The notes under the pieces: generated by a model
The model's input: the letters and a program-made list of their open reading frames with translations, nothing else
What the model was told of the DNA's origin: nothing
The model's database searches: none
Source: Naegleria gruberi
Taxonomy: Eukaryota
Strand: one strand, 5' to 3'
NCBI GenBank assembly: GCA_000004985.1
Contig: GG738879.1
Length of the DNA: 64,000 nucleotides
Shown here: one piece after another, positions 42,641 through 52,607 of the stretch
Position numbering within the stretch: position 1 is the first letter of the stretch
Layout: each line of letters opens with the position of its first letter
Position numbers and translations under genes: made by a program

Positions 42641-44161
42641 TCATTCATCATCATCTTCATTCTCTTCAGATTTAACTCGAGTCAAACGTTTGAGAGATTT
42701 CTTCAATTTTTGCAATTCTGTTGCCTCAACATACATTCCAATTGTAAATTCTTCCAATCTTCCAAAAGATTCATTCTTTCCCAAAGTAGTCAAGAAACTT
42801 TTGACTTTTCCTTGTAAGTACATAATGTACAAACTCTTCAAATTTGGAAAGTGAGTAGATTTTGGAAGTAATAGATTATCCTTGCTTTCAATTTGAAAAC
42901 CCAAGTGTAAATGTTCCAATTTTGTAAATTTGTCACTTGCACAAAATTCCTTAAATCCAATTTCTGAGTGATTAAATTCTTGGTAGTTAATTTTGAAAGA
43001 TTTCAAGTTTTCAAATTGGCTTTCTGCTAATAGTTTGAAAACTGAAGATTCTTCATCGATTCCCATATCAATTTTACATTCCAATTCAGTTAATCCTTTC
43101 CAGGAAGGATTAGAACAAACTTGTTTGAAACATTCATGTGAAATATCAATTAATACGAGAGATTTGATATTGGAAATACTTTCATTCTTCAATAGAGCAT
43201 CCAAACTTTGCATTGTACTACTAAATTTCAATCTAATACTTTCCAATTTTGGAAAATCAGATTTAACAAATTCACAAATAAGGCGATCAAAATCTTCCTC
43301 TTCTGGAACTTCCTCTTCCACATCCATGAAATATTCATTATTACAAATTTCAAGAGTTTTCAATTGTGGACATGAAACTTTTCTTTTGATAAATGGAATG
43401 CAGAGTGATGTTGGTCCATGCATGTTTAGTTTAAAAGTTTCCAATGTTGGAATTGACATAGTTTCGTATATTTGATCTGCTTTCAATGATTTTTTGGTTG
43501 AACTAACAGTTGCAATGTAAAGAGATTTGAGGTTTGTTAAGGATTTGAGTGGTGAGAGATCAGAACCTGAAAATGTAATTTGTAATTCTTCTAAATTAGG
43601 AAAATTGTTTACAATTTCTTGGCAAGATTTGATTGGTGAATGAAGAGTAAGAGATTTCAGAGTTGGGATTTCACAGCTGAATTCGAAAGATGCTTGTCGT
43701 CCTTCTATAACAAGTTTCTTCAATTCTGAAAACTTGGGAATCGTCAACTTTCCAGAAACTGGAAACGAAAGTTCAATTACTTTTGGACAATTTTCCATCA
43801 ATGTCTTTGCCTCCTTTGCATTGATTCCATTAATAATCTTAATAATTCTAAACTGTTCACAATTTCTATTCGAATTTAACCAACCATTAAATTTGTTTCG
43901 AATATCTTCATCTAATTCTTCACTTTCAAACTCCGATTCTTCAAATTCTTCTTCTTCACCTGGGGATGATAAAACTAAACTTCCCAATGTCAATGTGTGT
44001 AATTGTTCAACTCCAGAACGAAATTGCTTGCAAGTTGTCATTAATTCGAAAGGTTCGAAATTTGACAGGTAGGAAAAGATGTTTACCATGCAATCATCAC
44101 CAATTTGATGAAGATTAGTTTTGACAGCTTCAACTTTACGTTTCTTGGTTTGTGGAGCCAT
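42641..44161 (-). CDS. F-box / leucine-rich-repeat protein with an acidic C-terminal tail, 506 aa.
   Basis: N-terminal F-box-like IGDDCMVNIFSYLSNFEPFELMTTCKQF, then ~14 LRR-like units (LxxLxLxx…). Stop at 42641..42643, only 8 bp from the convergent kinase-like gene's stop. Confidence 0.6.
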   Translation of the reverse strand: MAPQTKKRKVEAVKTNLHQIGDDCMVNIFSYLSNFEPFELMTTCKQFRSGVEQLHTLTLGSLVLSSPGEEEEFEESEFESEELDEDIRNKFNGWLNSNRNCEQFRIIKIINGINAKEAKTLMENCPKVIELSFPVSGKLTIPKFSELKKLVIEGRQASFEFSCEIPTLKSLTLHSPIKSCQEIVNNFPNLEELQITFSGSDLSPLKSLTNLKSLYIATVSSTKKSLKADQIYETMSIPTLETFKLNMHGPTSLCIPFIKRKVSCPQLKTLEICNNEYFMDVEEEVPEEEDFDRLICEFVKSDFPKLESIRLKFSSTMQSLDALLKNESISNIKSLVLIDISHECFKQVCSNPSWKGLTELECKIDMGIDEESSVFKLLAESQFENLKSFKINYQEFNHSEIGFKEFCASDKFTKLEHLHLGFQIESKDNLLLPKSTHFPNLKSLYIMYLQGKVKSFLTTLGKNESFGRLEEFTIGMYVEATELQKLKKSLKRLTRVKSEENEDDDE

Positions 44162-44370
44162 GTGTTTAGGTTGTGGTGATTTTTTTTTATTCGAAACTAT
44201 ATCTTCAACCCAATTTCTTTGGATTTAGGTTGTACCTTACGTTTTAACTACATTTCCATTCTTGAATACTTCTCTCGAACTTCCCTAAACTCCACCAATG
44301 AAAAGAAATTATAAACGAAAATAGAAAAATTATTGTAAACAATTTAAAATAATAAAAAATTAAAAAAAAA

Positions 44371-45810
44371 ATGAATGCACAAGATGAGATCGAATCGATA
44401 CAGTTGCACGACGTTCACCTCTCTAATCGTCTCCATTTGAAATTAAAAATTCTTCCGAAATATGAAGATGTTTTACCTGATCAAATGTTGGACAATTTAT
44501 TTTCAAATCATGATGATCAATTCAAAGATGAAAAAGTCAAGAAAATTGTTAATTTAGGGGGAAAAGCTTGTTTTCTTTATTATTATGGTCAATTTGAAAA
44601 GATTGGAGTGATTTTTATTGGATATATGGATGGTTCTATTGAGATGGTTTCAATGCTTAAAACACAAGAGGAAAGAGAAGATGTACAATCTCAACAACCT
44701 AAGAGATTTTCTTTTGTAGATAAATCAAGGAAGAGACAGCGTTGTCATCAAGCACAAATTACTGGAATTTTGTGTTTTTCTGTAGTGAGTGGAATGTCAC
44801 TATTAATGACATCATGTGCAGATGGATTTGTAAAGTTTTGGTTTCTTGATACTGATAAGGTTGATGATGAGATACAACCATGTTTGAAATTATTTGACAT
44901 TGGACATGAATATAATTTGGAATCAAGTGTTGTATCTTTGAAATTTGTTTACAATGAGGTTTATTATTCAAGTTGTGCAACGAAGGAAGATTTTTCTCTT
45001 TGGAGAGTCTTTCATGTAGTAGCTGTTTGTAGGAATGGAAATATTTATAGATGGGATCCAGCATTGATTCCTAAAGTTATCATGACAGAAGTTTCTCGAT
45101 ATGAGGTGCAAAATATATTCACACTCTTAACAGAGGAATATGTTGAATCACCAGAATTAATTAGTGAAATTAAGGGCGGTAATGTGGAGGTTGTTTGTGC
45201 TACCTTATCTCAGAAAATTACAACAACTGCGCAAGCATATATTGTTTGTGGTCTGTCAAACGGGATGATAGTATCTGTATCATTGTCATTTAAAGATCCA
45301 GATGAGGAGAGTAAAACTATTGAGGAGGATTACAGATTGACTAATATATCATTCATTTCTGACACTTTTTTACAAAGCAATCCACCAACAAAAATAGTTG
45401 AAATCTATCCATTCTCTCCTAACAACGGCTTTCATATTCTCTCCCGTAACAAGGTCTTTAATTTTAATCCAAAATCTAAGGGTATTTTTCTATATTTTAG
45501 AGAAGACAATTCAGATTTAATTACAATTTGTGAATATTTATACTTTACAAATGGAAGAGAGCTTGGAGAGAATGTCACCATCCCAGTTGACTATGTTTCA
45601 CAACAATTTACTGTTAGAGATTTGTGTTGGATTGCCAGAGGTAGTTTAATGTGTGTGAGCAGTGAAGAAGGTAATTTACTACTCTACCATAAGGAGCAAG
45701 AAAATTGGTACGAGCTGGTTTGTTTAGAACATACTCTTCTGAAATATACCTCATTTTCAATAATCAATCATTGTGCTCTGAGTGATGTGTTTATTATTGC
45801 ACAGAATTGA
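44371..45810 (+). CDS. WD-repeat-like protein of 479 aa, function unknown.
   Basis: Intact ORF with ATG at 44371 and WD-like units (e.g. SCADGFVKFWFLDTD). Otherwise unassigned. Confidence 0.5.
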   Translation: MNAQDEIESIQLHDVHLSNRLHLKLKILPKYEDVLPDQMLDNLFSNHDDQFKDEKVKKIVNLGGKACFLYYYGQFEKIGVIFIGYMDGSIEMVSMLKTQEEREDVQSQQPKRFSFVDKSRKRQRCHQAQITGILCFSVVSGMSLLMTSCADGFVKFWFLDTDKVDDEIQPCLKLFDIGHEYNLESSVVSLKFVYNEVYYSSCATKEDFSLWRVFHVVAVCRNGNIYRWDPALIPKVIMTEVSRYEVQNIFTLLTEEYVESPELISEIKGGNVEVVCATLSQKITTTAQAYIVCGLSNGMIVSVSLSFKDPDEESKTIEEDYRLTNISFISDTFLQSNPPTKIVEIYPFSPNNGFHILSRNKVFNFNPKSKGIFLYFREDNSDLITICEYLYFTNGRELGENVTIPVDYVSQQFTVRDLCWIARGSLMCVSSEEGNLLLYHKEQENWYELVCLEHTLLKYTSFSIINHCALSDVFIIAQN

Positions 45811-45889
45811 GGTTTAGAATGCATACTGAAATGGTATTCCTAATCAAATGGGTTTATGCTCTAGTTACAATTAACCGACCTAAAATGAA

Positions 45890-48800
45890 CTACTTATAAG
45901 AACCACCTGAAGATGCAAGAAGACGTGTTAATCTAACATCTGATTCAAATACTTTCTCATAGACCTGTAAAGAATCCAATAATCTTTCCACTAGCTCATC
46001 AGGGGAGAGTCTGTCCACTTCTGGTTCAATAAATACAGGATTTTGAAATTGTCTCATATAAGCATCCATATCAATATTGCTATGTCTTGGTTCGACATCC
46101 TCTTCTTGATCGACTAATATCTCATCGTTTGAATCATAAACAATATCCACTGGAGTAGATGTTTGAACCTCGATTGATCTTCCTTTTCCACATTCTTCAA
46201 AAATTAAAGGTTGAGTCTGACAAGAAGTGGAACATTGTTTGGATTTCAACTTTGAAACAATTTCCAGACCTTGCGGTTTGCATTCCTTGTATTGTTTGAT
46301 TTCTTCTTTAATTTTCTCCTTCTTATATCTCCTCTCTTTTTCAATTTCAGAATGTGATTTAGCTTTGATAGTACTGATAATGTTGAAGGGATCAACTTCA
46401 CTGGAAGCTATCTTTGATTTGTTTCGTTTGTAGGATGAAGCTAATTTGTCATTTTTAGAATTTTTAAGGCTCAAGAACACTTGTTTCTTAATTTCTTCCT
46501 TTTTCTTTCTAACTTCTTCCAATAAAACTGAAGTTTCAGAATCATTTTCTATACTTAGTAAACTGGCCGAGGAAATATCAGAGCTTACTGAACTTGTTTC
46601 ATTTGATGTTATTTTACTCTTACTTCTACTTTCTCTTCCATAATCCGAACTTGTTCTCAGTGAACTAATACTTGATGTAGATTGTCTCAATGAAGGTTTG
46701 GACTTCCTTTGATTTTTCCTTTTGTCTCTTATTTGCACGTCTTTTCTCGGGTATTTCAGTTTGTTCCTCCTCTCGTACATGTTTTTTTGAAAAATATGAA
46801 ATCTTTTCAATTTCAGAAGAACCTGTCACTGAAGGAGATGATATCATTTCTATAGAGAATGAGTTATAGTTAGGGTCGATCTGTATGTTTCGTTCCTTAG
46901 GTTTAGAAAAATGGAGCTCTATTTCTTTTGCATTGTCTTTTTTGATTAGTTCATCGCTGAAAATGGCTGTTGAAGGATTGAATGATGCATGTTCATGGAT
47001 ATCTTCTATATTATCCAATGAATTTTCACTTGATGAATCAACAATAATTGAAGATTCTGAATTAGTCCCTTCAGACAATTCGGAATTGTTAATCACAACC
47101 TTATTTGATTCCGAGTTATGATATGTCTCATACTCAACTGGATTGAAATATCTTTGTTTGGATTCTAAAGTTATGACTATAGGATCCAAATTACTGTTGT
47201 CTAGAGAAGAGGACTCACTATCATTTCTTTTAAGTTGACTGGAAAATGGATGGAGAGAAGATCTGTCACTCTTAATGCTATATTCACTGTACACTACGGA
47301 AGGTGAAGAAGCAATTGTTTCTGAAAGTGTATCCTGGTGAGGAGAAGTTGGCGCTTCTGTTTTAATGTTTTCGGAAGATGAGGTTTCTTCTAAATTTACA
47401 GGGATAGGAGCCTCAACAAGAACCTCTTTTTTTTCGGGTGAGGCCTTTTCCTTTCTTTCTTTTGAAGGGAATTGAGGAAGCATTCTATTTGATATTGACT
47501 TTTCGCTTGATGATATAGTAGGTTTTGATTCAGTTGGTTCTCTTGTGTCATAAGTTGTGTCAATCGGTTTAGATGGAACCTCTTCTTTAGCTTTACGGGC
47601 ACTTGATATCAGTTGTAGGGCATTCTCAATAATTTTTCTTCTCTCAATATCTGCTTCTGTCAACCGTGGTTCAATGCTGGATATATCATTATATGTACAA
47701 TCAACATGTTTGGGTATTGGAAATGAAAAATCCCTTATTTCAGACTTCCCCTTCAAATATTCCTTATTATTTTCAACTGGTTTTGCTGGTGCTGACCAAA
47801 GAGACCACACAGAACTGTTTGTACTCTCAGATTCTTCGTCCATAAATGCATTAAGTGGACTGTCTTTCTTAATTTTGTGAAGGTTCCTTCTTCTTAGTTC
47901 CCTAGCCAACTCCTGTGCTGCTTCTTTCAGCTTTTTCTTTCTTTCGTGGTCAACTGCAAGTTTTGATCTCACTTTTTTCCCAAAATCTTTCACTCTTTTT
48001 CTACTGTCTGTGTTTTCATTTCCTTCAAGTTGTTCTTTAAGAAATTGAGGCATTTCTGGCTTCTTTTTCTTTGACTTTTCGTCTTCAGGAGGTGGAGGAG
48101 GGTTTGTGAACAATTCATGAATGTATTCATCTAGTCTCTTTAGAGCATCCTTTTTTCCAATTTTCTTTTGAATTTCCTCTTGCTTTTTTTGTTCAGCTAG
48201 CTTTTTGTCATTAACTTGCTTTTGCTTCATAAACTCTTTCACTTTTTCCTCATCATATGGTTTTTTCCTCATGTTATTATTTCGAGGAGGTCTCATTCTA
48301 AGTTTTTCCTTCTCCTTTCTTCTCTTCTCCTTCATATATTCTCTAATTTCATTTTCATCATAGAACTTTTGTCTATTCTCGTAATATGGCTTGTAGATGT
48401 ATTCTTCTACAGTAGTGAATGGTTTCTTTTTCTCTGTGCTTGAAGGTCTGCTTGATGGTTTCTTTTTCTCAGCAGTCTTTTCTGAGTTTTGAGTGGTAGG
48501 TCTTGAGGCTGATTTTGGTCTTTCTCTTACTATACTTTTTAGTTCCTGAGGAGGTGATGATGTGTTAATTACATTAGTTTGTTGATTGTTTTCTTGGTTG
48601 AGTTGGGGTTGTTCACATACTTGTTCGGTAGCTTGTGGTTCTTGAAGCATTTCTGGATTTGTTTCCTCATTACTTTCTTGAGGAGCTTGGGTATCACTTT
48701 CATAAGATCCATAAGGATCAAAATCTTCAAATTGTGAATCGTCTTCCTGTGTTTCCTCTTGGTTTTTCATTTCTGTTGGAGTGTTTCCCTCGCAATGTTG

Positions 48801-49166
48801 CTCCTCTTCTGTTGCTTGTGCTACTTCGACTATTTGTTCTTCGTAAGGATTTTCCTCATTCTGCTGTTCCTCCTCTTCATAATTTTCAAAATGCTCCTCC
48901 TCTGCATAATGTTCCTCTTCATTGGGTTGTTCTTCGTACGACTGATATGTTTCTTGAGGATGTTCCTCTTCTGTACCAGGATGATACATTTCCTCCTCAT
49001 AGGGATTATTCTCTGGATGGTCATCGTACACATCACCTCCAAAATTATGTTCATAATCATCATGATGATCATCTCCTACATCCCCTGCATAATGTTGCTC
49101 TTCCTCGTCATGATGAAAATCATTGTCATAGAAATCCTCTCCTAAATCCTCAAGTGAATCATCCAT
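45890..49166 (-). CDS. Large low-complexity protein: acidic/aromatic N-terminus (E/Y/H-rich), K/R/E-rich middle, Ser-rich and acidic C-terminus. Present as two long minus-strand ORFs, 46665..49166 and 45890..46810, overlapping by 146 nt in frames offset by +1.
   Basis: The 833-aa and 306-aa ORFs are contiguous on the same strand with similar composition. The frame change must lie within 46665..46810, which contains a T7/A7 homopolymer at 46782..46788. One gene of about 1130 aa is the likeliest reading. Confidence 0.5.
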
Positions 49167-49277
49167 TAGTTTTTTATTTTAAATTATTATTATGAAATTG
49201 GCGCGGAAACTTGCTACATTTTTGGCGGCAAAACGACAATAAAAAATATGAAAACAAACTCTTCAATTTAACGGAAT

Positions 49278-50375
49278 ATGGAGGATGTGAAAAGAATTAG
49301 AGAAGAAAATAGGAAAAAATTTAAAGATTATTTGATTGTGGAAAAGTTATTGAAAAATTATTCGGAATACTTTAACAAGAATGATCTGCTGAAAAGATGG
49401 ATGTTCATTCGTGCTAGTCACAGGTTGGAAGAAAGAAGAAGAAAATTGAGAGTTGAAAAAATTAGAACATTGATGAAGATACAACTCTCCCATCACATGA
49501 AATCGAGCACTAAAAAATTGAAAAAATTATTTAAAATTATTCCAGAAGAATTTGAAAGTTTATTTCAACAAAAGTTGACTTTTTGCATTTCAAATATAGA
49601 AAAGTATTTTAAAAAAACTGAAAATGAATTTATTGTACTGAGTTCTTCAACATTTAAGGATACATTGCAAGAATCAAATAAGAATCAAGCCATTATTCCA
49701 ATAGTTAGGACAATATTAGCTCTATCGAAATGGGATGGAATAGATCTTTTGCCCCATCGATTTTTGGACTTTTTTAAAGATCTTTCCCATAGATACTCAC
49801 CTAATGAAAGAATCAGAGCCCTCTACATGATAGCAAAAACTGGAACAAAAAAGAAGGAAGTAGAGCATTTAGATGAGCTAGTAGAAATATTTAGGAATAA
49901 TTTCTCAGTCCTAAATATTTTGGAAAGAAAACTCATTTCATGGACTGGAAATAATGATTTTTGCTCATCATATATTGCATGTGCACACTTTATGAAGAAT
50001 ATTCTGGCTTCAAGTACTGTAAGGGGAGGTACCATTGGAATCAAAGCAAAAAAGATGCAACATTTCTATGAGGTTTTGGAAACAGTTGCTAAAGAAATTC
50101 AACAACGAACCAAACTCAAACTTTTGGACAAGTATGATGGTAATATAACCAAAGACCTAATGAAGCAACAAGCAATAGAAATGTTAGATGAATATGATGG
50201 AATTCATCACTCTCTCTTCAGCTTATTCTCCCCTTTCATTCATGAATTAATGCGTATTATTACAATGAGATCTTTTTTCAAAAAATTGTTGCTAGCAAAG
50301 AAACAAAAAACCTTACAAAATCTAATTACAGAATATTACAGTAGGATGAATCGAATAAATAGCAATTTCCATTAA
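49278..50375 (+). CDS. Hypothetical protein of 365 aa.
   Basis: Intact ORF with ATG at 49278, basic N-terminus. No recognisable motif. Confidence 0.45.
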   Translation: MEDVKRIREENRKKFKDYLIVEKLLKNYSEYFNKNDLLKRWMFIRASHRLEERRRKLRVEKIRTLMKIQLSHHMKSSTKKLKKLFKIIPEEFESLFQQKLTFCISNIEKYFKKTENEFIVLSSSTFKDTLQESNKNQAIIPIVRTILALSKWDGIDLLPHRFLDFFKDLSHRYSPNERIRALYMIAKTGTKKKEVEHLDELVEIFRNNFSVLNILERKLISWTGNNDFCSSYIACAHFMKNILASSTVRGGTIGIKAKKMQHFYEVLETVAKEIQQRTKLKLLDKYDGNITKDLMKQQAIEMLDEYDGIHHSLFSLFSPFIHELMRIITMRSFFKKLLLAKKQKTLQNLITEYYSRMNRINSNFH

Positions 50376-50490
50376 TATTACATTTGCGTACAGTACTATC
50401 TCATAACCACTAATAATGGGTTCTGAACAAGCTTCATAACCGTTACATATTTCGTCAGCTTTCTTCAATACCTAAAAAAAAAGATCCTTG

Positions 50491-51465
50491 ATGAATCAAA
50501 CACCCACAAGAAACCAAACTCCAAACAAGCCCCGTCCTTCCCCACTCTCTAATTTTTCAACAACAACACCTAATAATTCTTCTTCTACATACAATGATGA
50601 TGAAGATTCAGAATTGAAAAGACACTCACGACAATATAATCACGATTTTTCCCAGCATTTATTTCATAGAATTTGTATCGGAGATGATGGGTTTGATTCA
50701 ACCTATCCATCACACATTCTAAATGAAAAGGAAGTAACTATGAAGGATTATCAGTTATTCATAACCCAATTGAATGGAATTTACTTTTTACAAATTTCGA
50801 ATAGGACAAAGGCTATCATTCTGGCATGTTGGATTATTGTTTCATTGATAGCTCTCATTATTAATTTATCTATTGGATTAAGTAATATTTCTAACATTTC
50901 AAATTGTGTCAAACAAACACATTCAGTGGAGCAACAACTCAGGTCAATTATGATTTTTGAAACAAGTGTAATAACTGCAAACACAACATGTACAGATTTA
51001 ACCTTACCCTATATTCTAACTTTTCTTCCTGCTGTTGGAAGTTCTATAGCTATTTTATTGATTTTATTTTTCATTATTGGAATTATTTATCTCGTTCACC
51101 TTAATATCAGACATTCTAAATTGTCTTCATTTATTGAAAAGAATAGATTTCATTTCCTTAAAATTGGGATTGAATTGAATATTATCAGTTTAAGAATGTT
51201 CAATTTTCTTCCAAAGGGCATTTGTATTGAAATGCTGAAAATTACAAATGAAAGAGAGGACAGTCTACTTCGAATGTTTAAGGACGATAATGAAATGAAA
51301 AAGAACTTTTCCAAGAGGTTTAGTAGAAATGTTCTTTCACCAACAAATAGAGTTTCTATTGACTATTCGAATTTATATAATGATCACCACCAAGCAGTGA
51401 ATAACCATCATTCACCATATTATACCTCAACATCTCCAAAATCAAATTATACAAGATTAGATTGA
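50491..51465 (+). CDS. Hypothetical membrane protein, about 324 aa, with an N-terminal Asn/Thr-rich region.
   Basis: ORF 50488..51465; 50488 is TTG and the first ATG is 50491. Two or three predicted TM helices (AIILACWIIVSLIALIINLSIGL; AILLILFFIIGIIYLVHL). Confidence 0.45.
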   Translation: MNQTPTRNQTPNKPRPSPLSNFSTTTPNNSSSTYNDDEDSELKRHSRQYNHDFSQHLFHRICIGDDGFDSTYPSHILNEKEVTMKDYQLFITQLNGIYFLQISNRTKAIILACWIIVSLIALIINLSIGLSNISNISNCVKQTHSVEQQLRSIMIFETSVITANTTCTDLTLPYILTFLPAVGSSIAILLILFFIIGIIYLVHLNIRHSKLSSFIEKNRFHFLKIGIELNIISLRMFNFLPKGICIEMLKITNEREDSLLRMFKDDNEMKKNFSKRFSRNVLSPTNRVSIDYSNLYNDHHQAVNNHHSPYYTSTSPKSNYTRLD

Positions 51466-51612
51466 ATCCGATTTTGAAACTAGGCATTTTAATATAATTG
51501 ACAAATAAGTAATGTGATAACTATTATAGAAATTACCGTAACTATGAATAAGGAATATCAACTTTAAATTAAAATATATATTTATTTACAGTTATTTACA
51601 ATATTTATGTAT

Positions 51613-52176
51613 CTACAAGCTTTGAGATTTTCTATAATAATCTAAAAATCCAGAAAGTGATTTTTCAAAAAGGTCATTCCATCTATTAGAAACCAATCCC
51701 TTAACTAAGAAAATTGGCATTCCATGGAAAACTTCAACATTGGTAACTTCCAATTTTTCAGAATCTAAACATTCAAACGACCAAAGGTGGCATGCTGCAA
51801 TTCCTCCTTCCTCTTTGTTCCACATAATTTTTGCATGATTTTCTGATATTTCATTCACTGCAACCTGCTCATTGGAAACTTGTTGGCCAACAGGGAAACC
51901 CAAATTGAGAGTTTGTGTAAATTTTGTACCAACTGAAAGAGTTTTAGAATTGTCATCTGAATATTGAGCACTGGCATGCAATGGAACTGACCATTCTTTC
52001 CACAAATCCAATCTCTGGAATAATTTGTAAAGTTCTTGCATTGTCTGTTGTGAATTAGTACATGGAAGAATTGCAGAGCTGCCAACAATTTGAGTTTTCA
52101 TTGAAGGTTCTTTCAATTTCAATATCTCTAAAGCATATTTGACTTGTTTGTGATCCTTGGTTACTCTTCTAATCAT
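51613..52176 (-). CDS. Hypothetical protein of 187 aa.
   Basis: Intact ORF with ATG at 52174..52176 (minus). No confident family call. Confidence 0.4.
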   Translation of the reverse strand: MIRRVTKDHKQVKYALEILKLKEPSMKTQIVGSSAILPCTNSQQTMQELYKLFQRLDLWKEWSVPLHASAQYSDDNSKTLSVGTKFTQTLNLGFPVGQQVSNEQVAVNEISENHAKIMWNKEEGGIAACHLWSFECLDSEKLEVTNVEVFHGMPIFLVKGLVSNRWNDLFEKSLSGFLDYYRKSQSL

Positions 52177-52607
52177 TGTTATTATTTGTTTTTGTTGAAT
52201 TTGAAATTTTAATAAACGTGTTCAATGCCTATTTATTCAGTTCAGAAATTTGTGCGTTTGAGAGTCGCATCAATGCATTCTTGGTTTATTGTGACCGCTC
52301 AAATTGGCGCATACTTTTTTTCGATATCGAAACTGTAAAGAACCATTGTACAATGGTTCAAATAATTGAAAGATTGTATCTTAAGATATTAATGATACTG
52401 CAATATTTACTAGAGGCTAAAAATTAAATATTAGTAGTAACCATCAATTAGAATACAAAATGGTTATTGAAGGAAGGGCACCTAGGGTGATGACCGGAGT
52501 TCTTGTAAGCCTACAGTCACACACATTAATCTCTTTGATGGATTCTCTCTTGTTGGAAAGTTGTTCTTCTTGTATTTCGAAGGTAGATTTTTTGTAACCA
52601 CAAAAAA

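Noticed and set aside
48216-49195. Plus-strand ORFs (75-186 aa) antisense to the acidic-protein gene.
   Set aside because: Mirror ORFs generated by the low-complexity GAA/GAG-rich sense strand (poly-Leu/Phe translations). No independent support.
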